From: Oceanispirochaeta sp.
Lineage (GTDB): Bacteria; Spirochaetota; Spirochaetia; DSM-2461
Length of the DNA stretch: 64,000 nt
Direction of reading: 5' to 3'
NCBI GenBank assembly: GCA_963666275.2
Contig: CAXXOA010000002.1
Location: 608,001 to 672,000, forward strand
Below, one piece after another: positions 9,746 through 20,209 of this stretch. The position numbers and the translations under genes are program-made. How positions within the stretch are numbered: position 1 is the first letter of the stretch; each line of letters starts with the position of its first letter. The notes under the pieces are model-generated. The model was not told the origin of the DNA, searched no databases, and saw nothing but the letters and a program-made list of their open reading frames with translations.

Positions 9746-11620
9746 ATGAAACTGACGTATTCTCATGCATCTGCCCCTGTCCTAAAAACCCGGATCCTGA
9801 GATTCTGGTTTCTCATTTTCCTGATTGCCTCATGCAAACAGCCATTTTCATTCAAAGAGATTCTTGATGAACCTGCCACAGATCCTGCTCCCCTGACGAT
9901 CAATCCTCAATCGGCAACTCTGTATATTGAGAGCAGTCTGAATTTTTATGTTTCCGGAGGATCCGAACCCTATTCCTATTCTGTTACAGAGGGAACAGGA
10001 TCCATTACGGAAGAGGGATTATATACAGCCCCTGAGACTGCCGGAACAGAAGTTATTACAGTGGAAGACAGGTCTGGGGATAGTATTACAGCCACTCTGA
10101 CTATTACAGACCAGCAGCTGAATGCGGATTATTACGTTGCAAGTTTATCCAATTCCCCCTCTGTTGCCTCCGTTGGTTCCATGATCGGGCAGAGCTTTGT
10201 TTATGCCAATCAGGGCGTAGATGGGGGTGCTGTCAAGGTCTTCTGGAGCGCCTATATCTCTACAGATACAGAACTGGACGGAGCCGATATCCTTGCCTCT
10301 TCCGGTCTGGTAGATCCCCTGGCTGCCGGAGCCGCTTCGGCTTCCATTCCCATTGGGGGGAACTGGCCTGTTTCGGGAGGTATCTATTATCTGTTGGTCA
10401 GGCTCACTTCCGCAGACGACAGGGATCCTTCCAATAATAATGAATCAAGCGCTGCCTTTACCATTAACGCGTCCAGTTCGGATATAGACTATGTGGTTAC
10501 ATCCATAACAACCAAATATCCCACGGTCTCCACGGGAAGCCTCTGCGGTGAAACTTTCAAAATCTCCAATATTGGCGGAATGGACGGCTCTGCGGTCATC
10601 AACTGGTCTGCCTATGCTTCGACAGATCTGATTATAGACGGAGGAGACACCCTGATTGATTCGGATACCACATCCTTTGCGGGGCTTGTTTCCGGGGATA
10701 CCTCGTCTAATATTCCCATCAACGGATCCTGGCCGGGTACCGCTGGAACCTATTATCTGCTTGTTCAGATCTCCTCGGCAGATGAGACCATCACTTCCAA
10801 TAATATCGGGTCTCAGGGAAGCTATGAGGTGGTGGCTCCTCCTGACTATATAGTCTCCAATGTGGTGTACCAGACTCAGGGATCAACCGGGCAGCCCTTC
10901 AGTGACGATGGTGTATATAGTTTTGAAATCAAGGAGATCGCCGGGAATGACGGCAGCCAACCCATAGGTTATGAAGTTTTTTATTCTCTGGATACCATAC
11001 TGGATGCCGGGGATACTTCCATTTTTAGTGGAAGTCATATTCCTTTGGCCGCGAATACCTTTTCAGGAGCTATTTCTTTTGAAAGTGCTGTGAATGCGGT
11101 CTGGCCGAGTCTGGGAGGCTATTACAACCTTATCATTAGCCTTGTCTCGGGAGACGATTCCAATTCTTTCAATAACATTTATGTGACTCCTGCTAGTATA
11201 ACCGTGCCGGAAGTTGTTACGGAAAATATTCTTGATGACAACTCTTCCATTGCACCGCCATGGACCAATGTTTCTACAATCCCCATGGACAGTGTCGCAG
11301 GCCTGAAATTAGGGGAGTTGATCTATGTGGATGGACAGATGGATGGAAGCGCCTCTACCTATGACACCTATAGTATCGATGTAGAGAATATTGCTGCTAT
11401 CGATCTGACAGTTCTCTGGAGTACTGGTTCTGATTCTATTAATGTCCATTTCTGGGATTCCACAGGGGCTGGAGATTCCTACACAGATACCGGTAATGAT
11501 GAAGAGCCTAAGAATCCTCCGGAAAGAATCGCCGTATCATCCAATTCAACCTACTATATTGGGATTGAATTTCTGGGAACCGATACGGCCGCTTACCGGA
11601 TTATTCTTCACGGGAAATAG
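9746..11620 (+). CDS. Lipoprotein with repeated Ig/CARDB-like domains
   Basis: Lipobox-like LIASC; three repeats of the pattern DY.V..WSAY.STD..WP..G.YYL..S.D..SNN. Confidence 0.7.
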   Translation: MKLTYSHASAPVLKTRILRFWFLIFLIASCKQPFSFKEILDEPATDPAPLTINPQSATLYIESSLNFYVSGGSEPYSYSVTEGTGSITEEGLYTAPETAGTEVITVEDRSGDSITATLTITDQQLNADYYVASLSNSPSVASVGSMIGQSFVYANQGVDGGAVKVFWSAYISTDTELDGADILASSGLVDPLAAGAASASIPIGGNWPVSGGIYYLLVRLTSADDRDPSNNNESSAAFTINASSSDIDYVVTSITTKYPTVSTGSLCGETFKISNIGGMDGSAVINWSAYASTDLIIDGGDTLIDSDTTSFAGLVSGDTSSNIPINGSWPGTAGTYYLLVQISSADETITSNNIGSQGSYEVVAPPDYIVSNVVYQTQGSTGQPFSDDGVYSFEIKEIAGNDGSQPIGYEVFYSLDTILDAGDTSIFSGSHIPLAANTFSGAISFESAVNAVWPSLGGYYNLIISLVSGDDSNSFNNIYVTPASITVPEVVTENILDDNSSIAPPWTNVSTIPMDSVAGLKLGELIYVDGQMDGSASTYDTYSIDVENIAAIDLTVLWSTGSDSINVHFWDSTGAGDSYTDTGNDEEPKNPPERIAVSSNSTYYIGIEFLGTDTAAYRIILHGK

Positions 11621-13472
11621 GTTCCACCATTCTGGTCAGATCAGACAGTATCTCCTGATAGAGATCCTTCTGCTCCGGATCGTCCGGGGAGGGCAGGTAG
11701 ATGGATTCCTTCAGAAGGGCATCCAGCATGGAGGCGGTTTCTCTCAGGGCCAGGGTTTTTCCGATCGATGCCTGAATGATCCCGTAGCTGTCCATATACT
11801 CTTCCAGAGAGTTGTACACATCGGGAGACTCCCGGCTGACCGTATCAGACACCAGGATCTCTTTTAAAAGGACCTTTTTCTGCAGCAGTTTCAGGAGGTC
11901 CTCCTCATTGTCCGCATAGGGGAGGCCCTCCTGAATTTCGTCCATTACAGTATCGAGGTTCCGGATGGTTTCCATGAGCTCCAGACGGGTTTTGTAATCG
12001 ACTCTGGCATATTCCAGAAAGGCCAGATCTTCGTCGCTAATCAGATTGGACTGCACTTCGGCAATGGCCGACCGGGCTCCCATTGACCGGAGATTGTTCA
12101 TGATCTCAAGGATAGAGTTGCTGTTCAGTCCTGTAAGAGTCAGAGCATTGTAGTAGTCCTGCCTGGCTGTGAGATCATTTTTGGAAAGGAACGCCCTCTG
12201 TCCCTTCTGGAATTCCTGTTCAAACCGGAGCATCAGCTCATTCCGCTCCGACTCTTCCATACTCTGGAGTACCTGGTATCCGGACTGAAGATCCGGTATA
12301 AGAGCCAGAGCTTTCAGAATCGCCTCTTTCGCTTCGGGGAAGCGGCTGCTGTCAAAATGCTGCTGTCCCTCTTCTATAAGCGCTGTTATTTCAGCAAATA
12401 CAGGCGGAGGCCCTGTCTCTCCGTCCAGAGGCTGTGACAGCAGGATCATGGTGTCCAGAGTATCAAGGATCCTTCGATCCGTACCTGCCCGGCTCATAAG
12501 GGCCGGGTATTCTGCGAAGTTCCCGTTACTGAGGAATGTTTTAAAAGTATCTATCTCCTCCAGAGCCCGGGGATAGTTCCCGGACTGGAGTGATTGGGTG
12601 ATTCCGTCAAAAGACGCGTTGATCTGGCTGTCCAGGAACTGTTCGTTTTCCAGTTTTTTCGTCAGAGTTTCAAAGGCCTGTTCTGTGGTGCTACGGGTTC
12701 TCTGCTGTTCCGTCAGGTCAGCCGTGAGGGTTTCTTTCTCCCTCTGAGCCGATTCCAGTGACTCCTCCATCCTGGCGATCTCCTCTTCCAGTTCCTGCTC
12801 CCGGCGGAGCCTCTTCTCCTCTTCCGCTGCAAGGGAAGCTTTGAGTTCCTCTTCATACTGATCCTGAAGGCTGCTTCTGAGAGAGTCCAGCTGCTCGTCT
12901 ATGGCTTCCTGATTCATGTTCAGAGCCAGAAGGCGATCCTCCTCCCGGCTGAGCTGATCTTCCAGCCTTCGGGCCAGGGCCTCTTCCAGCCTTATCCTTT
13001 CGCTTTCCGCCTCCATGAGCAGGATCTCTTTCTGGTCTAGAAGGGAGTCCATTTCCGTCTGAATCCGGGAAATCTCACTCTCCTTTTCTGTGAGTTCCTT
13101 TTCCGATTCTTCTCTCAGCGCTGTAATGATCCGGCTTTCGGTCAGGTTAACAGAAGAGCTGTTTGATATGATTTCCTGCTCGGAGATGCTGAAGTAGATT
13201 ATGAGAGAGGCACCGACAATCAGTAAAACCGCCAGAGAGACCAGATTTATCAGGATCGGGAAGGTCCTTCCTTTTTTTCGGGGGCTGAATCGGAAGGTTT
13301 CGCTGGTTATTTTAAGTTTACCCCGGTCTATGGCCCTGTCTATTTCAGCATAGACCTGGTCTCTTTCGGACAGAGGGATGGATTCTATTTCAAAAAAGTG
13401 ATCATGGATCGGTGTCGCTCTTTCCAGTAAACCAGACATAACACCACCAGAAAATAACAAAATTTCTCTCAA
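11601..13472 (-). CDS. Membrane-anchored coiled-coil hypothetical protein
   Basis: One TM, long E/L/R-rich heptads, TPR-like C-terminal part. Confidence 0.7.
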   Translation of the reverse strand: MREILLFSGGVMSGLLERATPIHDHFFEIESIPLSERDQVYAEIDRAIDRGKLKITSETFRFSPRKKGRTFPILINLVSLAVLLIVGASLIIYFSISEQEIISNSSSVNLTESRIITALREESEKELTEKESEISRIQTEMDSLLDQKEILLMEAESERIRLEEALARRLEDQLSREEDRLLALNMNQEAIDEQLDSLRSSLQDQYEEELKASLAAEEEKRLRREQELEEEIARMEESLESAQREKETLTADLTEQQRTRSTTEQAFETLTKKLENEQFLDSQINASFDGITQSLQSGNYPRALEEIDTFKTFLSNGNFAEYPALMSRAGTDRRILDTLDTMILLSQPLDGETGPPPVFAEITALIEEGQQHFDSSRFPEAKEAILKALALIPDLQSGYQVLQSMEESERNELMLRFEQEFQKGQRAFLSKNDLTARQDYYNALTLTGLNSNSILEIMNNLRSMGARSAIAEVQSNLISDEDLAFLEYARVDYKTRLELMETIRNLDTVMDEIQEGLPYADNEEDLLKLLQKKVLLKEILVSDTVSRESPDVYNSLEEYMDSYGIIQASIGKTLALRETASMLDALLKESIYLPSPDDPEQKDLYQEILSDLTRMVEPISREE

Positions 13473-13516
13473 TTGAAGATAAAAACAATTATAATAACTA
13501 TTGAACAGGAAAACAA

Positions 13517-15175
13517 ATGACTATACGTTCAAAAATCATATATGTTTTTCTCCCCCTCCTTGTGGTTCCCCTTATTCTTACACTGCTGGTGGGTGTCCTC
13601 TCTACCCGGAATGGGATTACCCATATAGCCTCCCAGCAGATGGCCTTCAAATCAAGAATCCTGAATCAGTTTATGGAAAACCAGTGGCTCCTGCTTGTGA
13701 ACAATGGGTTTTCAGAGAATGAGGCATACCTTTCTGTTTCAAAAAAAACAATAGAAGATTATGCGGGAACCCTGGTGGAAAACAGGGAAGAGCTTATTTT
13801 TGCTCTGGATGCCCTGGGGAATGTGACCATGAACACCGGTGACTTTGACATGGCCCCGGAGACGGGTCTGTCCATATCCAGTGAGTTCAAAGATCAGGGA
13901 AAGAAGTGGATTGAGTTTTCCATGGGAAAGGAGCGTTTTGTTTCGGATGTGACAGCTTTTGAGCCCTACGGATGGACCGTGGTCAATGCGGTACAGAGGG
14001 AGTTCTTTTTCGGCTATATCATGACCATGGTGATGAGAATCCTTCTGATATTCCTTATTTCCCTGACAGCCTCTGTGATCCTTCTTATATTTTTCTCGGG
14101 CTATCTGACAAAGCCTCTTCTCAGGATTGCCGAAGTGATCCGGAAAATTATCGAGACCAATGACCTCTCTGTAAAAGTGGATATCTTTTATGACGATGAA
14201 ATCGGGGAGATCGGCCATTACTTCAATATCATGACAAGGGAGCTGGACCTGGCCAATGATCAGATGAAAAACTATGCTCTGAAGGCCGTTGTGGCCAAGC
14301 GGAACGAAATGAAGATCCGGAATATTTTTCAGAAGTATGTGCCCAAGGAAGTGATTGATCAGTACTACGGCGAACCCGAGTCCATGCTGGAGGGAGACAG
14401 CCGGGTTCTGGGGATTCTCTTTTCGGATATCCGGAAATTTACGACCTTTTCGGAAAAACTCCCTCCCCATGAGGTTGTTGAGTCGCTGAACCGGTATTTT
14501 GAATATATGGTTGATATCATCATGGATCACAAGGGGATCGTAGACAAGTATATCGGCGATGCGATCATGGCTTTTTTCGGAGCCCCTGTGCATCATGACA
14601 ACGATGCCCTGGAAGCCACCAGAGCCGGTCTTTCCATGCTGGAGCAGGTGGAATCTTTTAACCAGTGGCAGAGGAAATACGGAAGGTCGCCCTTTCATAT
14701 CGGTGTGGGGATCAATTACGGTTATGTGACCGTAGGGAATATCGGGACAGAGAAAAAGATGGACTATACTGTCATCGGCGATATGGTCAACCTGGCCTCC
14801 CGGCTGGAAGGGCTGACAAAGTATTACAACCAGCCGATTCTATTGTCCCAGTCTGTTCAGATCAAGGTCCGGGAGGAGCTGCCCTGCCGCCTTGTCGACA
14901 AGGTTGTGGTGAAGGGAAAAACAGAAGGGACCAATATCTATACCGTCAAAAGAGAGCTGACCGAAAAGGAAAAGGAGCTCTGGCTCAGCTATGATGACGG
15001 GATTACCCAGTATTACAAAGGGAACTTTACAGAGGCCGAAAAGTTTTTCAAAGAAGCCCTGACTTACGTGCCCGATGATTTCTGCTCCCTTCAGTTTATG
15101 AAGCGGTGCAAACATTACATGAAGTATCCGCCTGTCGAGAACTGGTCCGGCGCTGTCGTGCTTCAGGCCAAATAG
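13517..15175 (+). CDS. HAMP-containing class III adenylate/guanylate cyclase
   Basis: LFSDIRKFT, DKYIGDAIMAFFG, DYTVIGDMVNLASRLEG. Confidence 0.93.
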   Translation: MTIRSKIIYVFLPLLVVPLILTLLVGVLSTRNGITHIASQQMAFKSRILNQFMENQWLLLVNNGFSENEAYLSVSKKTIEDYAGTLVENREELIFALDALGNVTMNTGDFDMAPETGLSISSEFKDQGKKWIEFSMGKERFVSDVTAFEPYGWTVVNAVQREFFFGYIMTMVMRILLIFLISLTASVILLIFFSGYLTKPLLRIAEVIRKIIETNDLSVKVDIFYDDEIGEIGHYFNIMTRELDLANDQMKNYALKAVVAKRNEMKIRNIFQKYVPKEVIDQYYGEPESMLEGDSRVLGILFSDIRKFTTFSEKLPPHEVVESLNRYFEYMVDIIMDHKGIVDKYIGDAIMAFFGAPVHHDNDALEATRAGLSMLEQVESFNQWQRKYGRSPFHIGVGINYGYVTVGNIGTEKKMDYTVIGDMVNLASRLEGLTKYYNQPILLSQSVQIKVREELPCRLVDKVVVKGKTEGTNIYTVKRELTEKEKELWLSYDDGITQYYKGNFTEAEKFFKEALTYVPDDFCSLQFMKRCKHYMKYPPVENWSGAVVLQAK

Positions 15176-15241
15176 GGCAGATGAACTTTACCTTACCCGT
15201 TGTTGCAGTAATGTCCTGTACACAGAAGGAATTGATTGATA

Positions 15242-15270
15242 TTGACAAGTTAAATGGTTTTTTATACTAT
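15242..15270 (+). promoter_or_regulatory. Sigma70-type promoter of the tRNA
   Basis: TTGACA (15242-15247), 17 bp spacer, TACTAT (15265-15270). Confidence 0.7.
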
Positions 15271-15281
15271 TAGCCACCATC

Positions 15282-15363
15282 GGGCTGGTCGTAAGCTTCG
15301 CTTACTGCTCGCCCATGCATCCGGGGCTAGTCGTAGATTCGTCTACTTCTCGCCCATGCATCT
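15282..15363 (+). repeat. Two tandem ~41-bp REP-like hairpin repeats
   Basis: gggctggtcgtaagcttcgcttactgctcgcccatgcatcc followed by gggctagtcgtagattcgtctacttctcgcccatgcatct. Confidence 0.8.
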
Positions 15364-15365
15364 AA

Positions 15366-15439
15366 GGGCCTATAGCTCAGTTGGTTAGAGTCCCTGACTC
15401 ATAATCAGGTTGTCCTAGGTTCAAGTCCTAGTGGGCCCA
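15366..15439 (+). tRNA. tRNA with CAT anticodon (likely Ile2; elongator Met not excluded)
   Basis: Acceptor GGGCCTA/TGGGCCC, D arm, anticodon arm CCTGA-CTCATAA-TCAGG, T arm CTAGG-TTCAAGT-CCTAG; no encoded CCA. Confidence 0.95.
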
Positions 15440-15441
15440 CT

Positions 15442-15470
15442 AAGCACTCCATTTTTGGAGTGCTTTTTTT
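15442..15470 (+). terminator. Rho-independent terminator after the tRNA
   Basis: aagcactcca-tttt-tggagtgctt followed by a T run. Confidence 0.85.
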
Positions 15471-15644
15471 ATGTCTAAACGCTTATAATACATGGGTTTA
15501 ATGTGTTTTAGATAAAACGGGTGTCTGGTTTTTAACGGGGACTGACGCCTTTATCGACGCCAATTGAAAATTCTTATGGTCCTGGAATGATGAAGGAATT
15601 CTGTTTAATCCGGAAAAGTTTCTATTTTACCTGCTCTCACGACC

Positions 15645-15672
15645 GCATCGCATAATGGGTATTATGAAGTAT
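15645..15672 (+). other. dif-like site (11-6-11)
   Basis: gcatcgcataa-tgggta-ttatgaagtat versus E. coli dif ggtgcgcataa-tgtata-ttatgttaaat. Confidence 0.55.
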
Positions 15673-16133
15673 GAAAACATATCTTTTATGTACTACAAAG
15701 CTCTCTATCAAGAATAAACATAAGAAAAAAAATAAAAAAGAAGGGGTAGTATTTAAGTACCAGAAAAATACTACTTTCATTTTTAACATACTACTTACGT
15801 GCATTTTGCATCTATTTATAACACTTATTTACTACCTATTTCTGGATAATCTCTCAGTCAGTTGTCAATCAGATTTTTGATCCTATAAAATCATCATTGA
15901 TTTATTTCTGGTTTGTTGTATTAATAAGATTGTTTAAGGTTTTCATAAGGGTCGAAAAAGTTTTTCTGCAACATGGGTATTATGAAAACAGCTTTTTTTA
16001 ATTGCTCTTCATTATACCTCAATAAATAACAGACTCATAAAAAATACCGGTGAAAATCTTCTTTAAGACATAGTTATGAATCTCTGGAGGTCGATATGAA
16101 TATTATTCGAATAGTTTATTTCAGTGTCAAAAA

Positions 16134-17876
16134 ATGTGTGGGAATAAATTGATGGCCTGGGGATTCAGCACCATACTGGAAGAGTTTAAACAGGATTACT
16201 ACGACCCTACTGATCCTATCGACCGGATGGTATACGAGGAGAACCAGAGAAAGCAGAACTTCTCCTTCGGGATCGTCACGGACAATCAGGACCCGGATAA
16301 ACGGGGACGTATCAAAGTGCATTTACCCATGATTGCCAAAAACTATATCAGTAAATGGATCTGGATATTCCGCCCCTACGGGGGAGACAACAAAGGCATC
16401 TGGGCCCTGCCCGATATAGGTGATCAGGTCATGATCGCTTTTATCAGAGGCGATATCCATCATCCCGTCTGCATCGGAGGAATGTACACGCCCCGGCACA
16501 GGCCTCCGATCAAAGACAATCCGGACAACAACATCAAAGCCATAAAAACCAAAGCCTGTTACCTTCTCATGGATGAGACTCCCGGAGAGGAACGGATGGA
16601 AGCTTCTATCAAGGATGGACAGATCCGCGTGATGATCGATACCAAGGGGGTTCATCTGACCAATGAGCTGGGTGGAATTGATATACAGTGCAGGAAACTG
16701 GCCATTGCCGGAGGAGCTTCTACGATTCAGACTGAAAAAGACCTGAGCATTAAGACAGGTGGTAATCTGAACATGGAGGCCAAGAGTAACCTGGCCATCA
16801 GTGCCGGTGGGGATATCACCATAAAGGGAAGTACAGTCGACCTGAAGGGAAGCACAGGCGTCACAGCCGAGGGCAAACAAATTGCCAAAGAGAACGACCC
16901 TGTGGCAGGTATGGACATGCATGATATAGAAGTGCCCACCAATAGCGGAACCAAAAAGGTTCCCGCCGTACGCCACCCCTATCTCGGTAAACTGGTGGAT
17001 AAACTGAGCGGGGATGTCACCATCGGCGGCAAGGCGGCGGCTACTCAAGGCTCCAAGAGTGAGTTTGGGGCTCCAGGGCACTTCCCCATGCTTCCGGGAA
17101 TCAAGTTTTCCAGCAACCCCGACAATATGGGAGAGGTCACAGGCGGCTGTATCGACAGCGTGAAGATCAACGGCAACCCTGCGGCGGTTATGGGCAGCTC
17201 TGTAACCACCTGCGATGACGCGGGCCAGAGTGACCAGTGCAAGGTCCTCGCTCCCGGTACGGTAGTCACCTTCCCCATTCAATACCCCGGTCAGGACCCG
17301 GAGCAGTACAAACGAGACGGTGGGTTACCTATCAATGTATCAAACCCGACGGTGTATACAGCGGCGGAAGCGGCGTATGCCACGGAGCCCAAGAGCCTGA
17401 CGGCCCTGCAGTGGAGCGCCAGCGAAGTCAACAAAGGGGAAGAGGTCACCCTGAGCTGTTCCACAAGCGGTGTGAAAGATGGTGCGGGGGTGATGTTCAG
17501 TATCTATCCCGAAGGGGCGGATACGGAGGTGGATCCTCCTTTGATGGATATCAGGGGAGAGAACAAAGGCAGCCGGGCTGAGGTGAAGTGGATTGCCAAG
17601 GATATTCGGAAGGCTGATGGGGATCAGCCTATGAAGTGGTTTTTTACGGCCTGGACGCTGTATTGTCCGAAGGAAACGAGCGGGATGATTCGGGTTGTTC
17701 AGCCCTATAAACATAAATTTGTTAACAAACAAAATGAACCTTTAGCTAATCGAAACTATACACTTCGATATTCATCGGGAAACACACTTCAAGGGACAAC
17801 TGATGGTGATGGGTATATAGAGATTGATGACCTTCATCCTGGAAAGTTCAAGATAGAAATTGAGGTGGCAGAATAA
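16134..17876 (+). CDS. gp5/VgrG OB-fold spike fused to a PAAR-like tip and C-terminal adaptor-like domains
   Basis: GIVTDNQDPDKRGRIKV..LPDIGDQVMIAFIRGD..P..IG, beta-helix repeats, GKAAAT/GNPAAV PAAR-like motifs, terminal EPLANRNYTL..GTTDGDG; start may be 16152. Confidence 0.85.
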   Translation: MCGNKLMAWGFSTILEEFKQDYYDPTDPIDRMVYEENQRKQNFSFGIVTDNQDPDKRGRIKVHLPMIAKNYISKWIWIFRPYGGDNKGIWALPDIGDQVMIAFIRGDIHHPVCIGGMYTPRHRPPIKDNPDNNIKAIKTKACYLLMDETPGEERMEASIKDGQIRVMIDTKGVHLTNELGGIDIQCRKLAIAGGASTIQTEKDLSIKTGGNLNMEAKSNLAISAGGDITIKGSTVDLKGSTGVTAEGKQIAKENDPVAGMDMHDIEVPTNSGTKKVPAVRHPYLGKLVDKLSGDVTIGGKAAATQGSKSEFGAPGHFPMLPGIKFSSNPDNMGEVTGGCIDSVKINGNPAAVMGSSVTTCDDAGQSDQCKVLAPGTVVTFPIQYPGQDPEQYKRDGGLPINVSNPTVYTAAEAAYATEPKSLTALQWSASEVNKGEEVTLSCSTSGVKDGAGVMFSIYPEGADTEVDPPLMDIRGENKGSRAEVKWIAKDIRKADGDQPMKWFFTAWTLYCPKETSGMIRVVQPYKHKFVNKQNEPLANRNYTLRYSSGNTLQGTTDGDGYIEIDDLHPGKFKIEIEVAE

Positions 17877-20209
17877 TGGGAAATAAAGTAGTAGTTTTTG
17901 ATGGTGAACAGAATGATCCAGAAGATAAGATCAGCTACCTTCTGGAACCATTCATAAATATCTTTCCCCGATCCAAGGATAAATGTTTTACCACGATTGA
18001 ATGGGAAGAGGAAGCCGCAGGAATAGCGACATCCTATGTTTTCAATAATGAATATGTAAAAGAGTTTTCACTTAATGATAAAGTAAATAATTCTTATGGA
18101 GAGGAAATCCCCGTTGATTCATTCGGCTTTAAAAAGATTGACGGACTATTTTATGTAGATCTCAGACGAAAGCTAATCTACACAGATATACACGGAGAAG
18201 TACAGGCGGATGTATATGGTTCGACCAAAAAAATTAGTTTTTTCTTTGAAAGAGCACTGGGAGAACATAGGCTGTTAAAACAGAATATAACCTATGTTTT
18301 TAATAAGATTTACGATTTTTTTACTCATCACATAGGGACTCCCGGAGAAGAGGCATACGGTATTGAAGATGGCCTGAAATGCTATGAAGAAGTTGTTTTT
18401 CGTATAACTGGAGAAAATCAAGGCATTACCCTTCTTGATGAGCACAATCAGGAATATACCGAATATCATATTGATACATCAGATATTCAAACAGATGTTA
18501 AGGGTATGCATGAAATGCAGCTTCTTTTTACCGGCTCGTCTGATGCCATCAGTAATGACAGTATAGTTACCATTGAGGTACGAGGTTTTTCCAAAAACGA
18601 TTCTGAAGGAGAGATATTAGCCTCGTTGGATATTACCCTCATGACAAACAAGCTTCTACCTTCCATAGATACAATAAAAGAAGAAGACTTCAATATATGG
18701 GTTTATCCAGGAGAATCAGGAGAAGAATCTGAGCATAATGGCATCCAGAGATTGAAATACATATGTAATCAGGTCATTTCACGGCATAAAGGAATAAGTG
18801 ATTTTCATTTTCTTACTGAAAACGGAGTCTACTGCGAAGACATGAAGGGTGCTCTGGCTTCCTATTTAGAAAGTTTTCCCCAAACGGAGAATACTGGGTT
18901 CTATCCTTACGGAGATAAGCTGACCACCTTGGGATGTAATCCGCTAATAGAAGAGTATTTTTCTACTGAATACGGGATTCCTAAAGATAAAATAAAAGGA
19001 TGTTTCGTTGATAAGAGACTTCTTATTGGTGATGAAACAGGAACTGAACTGAATAAAACAGACGGACTGATAGATCTTTATGAAAACGTAGTTAAAGTTT
19101 TTCAAAGGAAGTTTGTCGAACGGGCTAAAGCATACGTAGACGTTTCCCACAGCTGGTTTAGCAATGCCTCCCAGAACCCCAATTACAAAATGGGCACGAT
19201 CACACTAACCAGTGATAGAACCACGAATGATGGTAAAACATTACCTGCAGGAACAGAGGTGAAAGTTTCCTATGAATTTAATGCTATAAAGAAGGGCGAT
19301 GATGGTGCAAAGGAAGATGATTACTCGGCCAAACTACCATTTGATGATGAAGGAAACCCTAAAGCGGGAGAATATCAGATTGAGGCAACCCTTAATGGAC
19401 AGAAAATAAGCAGTAAGGTCTCTTTATCGGTAGAAGACCTAAAAACAAGAGTAGATGTTAATCATAATGAAAACAAGGGAAATTATGCTAAAAATATAGC
19501 AGGGACAGGTAGTGAAGACTTCCAGAATTGGGGGATGCCATATGGGTTTGGAAAAAAAGACACCCTGGAGACTCATATGGGAAGAGAAACTATTGACACA
19601 GGAAACCTTAAGAACAGAAGTGAATATAAAGAAAATAATGACAAGAGCATCTATCCCGGTGATACGGAGACGAGAAGGCCAAAGATATTCGGTATAGACT
19701 GCTCCGGATTTGTGGAAAACTGTCTGAAAGAAATAACCTTTGGTGATTCCAATAAAACAAAAATTGTGCCCTTCGACAATCTGAAAGGCCAGGGAGATTT
19801 TTACACAGGTAAAACAGAACGGATTTCCCGAACTATCCCCACAACCGAAGAGAGGAATGAAAGGATAAGGATCGGCGATCTGTTCTGGAATGATGGGAAA
19901 AATGCTCATGTAGCCATTGCTTATGGAAAAGGTGATGAAACGAATGAAGAAGCGGAACTTTCGTCGGAAAAGGAAACAAAGGATGGAGCGACGATAACTT
20001 TTCTAGACCATAAAAAGATTGAAATTATTCATGCTTATGGGAATTCATATAGGTTAAAGGCGGATAGTTACCAAGTAATAAATACGGTTACTAAAGAGTA
20101 TACCGATACAATTAAGGCATGTGTGGCAAAAACTGTTAAGTCTCCCTTTCAATTATGGTCCACAGAAATTGGAAACAGAAACATAGGTAGGGTTTACCTA
20201 TGGAAATAA
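17876..20209 (+). CDS. Large protein with C-terminal NlpC/P60-like cysteine hydrolase domain (putative effector)
   Basis: GMPYGFG, GIDCSGFV, GDLFW, HVAI, IIHA motifs; start overlaps spike stop. Confidence 0.7.
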   Translation: MGNKVVVFDGEQNDPEDKISYLLEPFINIFPRSKDKCFTTIEWEEEAAGIATSYVFNNEYVKEFSLNDKVNNSYGEEIPVDSFGFKKIDGLFYVDLRRKLIYTDIHGEVQADVYGSTKKISFFFERALGEHRLLKQNITYVFNKIYDFFTHHIGTPGEEAYGIEDGLKCYEEVVFRITGENQGITLLDEHNQEYTEYHIDTSDIQTDVKGMHEMQLLFTGSSDAISNDSIVTIEVRGFSKNDSEGEILASLDITLMTNKLLPSIDTIKEEDFNIWVYPGESGEESEHNGIQRLKYICNQVISRHKGISDFHFLTENGVYCEDMKGALASYLESFPQTENTGFYPYGDKLTTLGCNPLIEEYFSTEYGIPKDKIKGCFVDKRLLIGDETGTELNKTDGLIDLYENVVKVFQRKFVERAKAYVDVSHSWFSNASQNPNYKMGTITLTSDRTTNDGKTLPAGTEVKVSYEFNAIKKGDDGAKEDDYSAKLPFDDEGNPKAGEYQIEATLNGQKISSKVSLSVEDLKTRVDVNHNENKGNYAKNIAGTGSEDFQNWGMPYGFGKKDTLETHMGRETIDTGNLKNRSEYKENNDKSIYPGDTETRRPKIFGIDCSGFVENCLKEITFGDSNKTKIVPFDNLKGQGDFYTGKTERISRTIPTTEERNERIRIGDLFWNDGKNAHVAIAYGKGDETNEEAELSSEKETKDGATITFLDHKKIEIIHAYGNSYRLKADSYQVINTVTKEYTDTIKACVAKTVKSPFQLWSTEIGNRNIGRVYLWK

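Noticed and set aside
15671..15880. 69-aa ORF after the first dif-like site
   Set aside because: Low-complexity AT-rich sequence whose start lies within a repeated non-coding motif
15963..15990. Extra dif-like site tttctgcaaca-tgggta-ttatgaaaaca
   Set aside because: It shares the spacer with 15645 but its left arm lacks cataa; too degenerate to call
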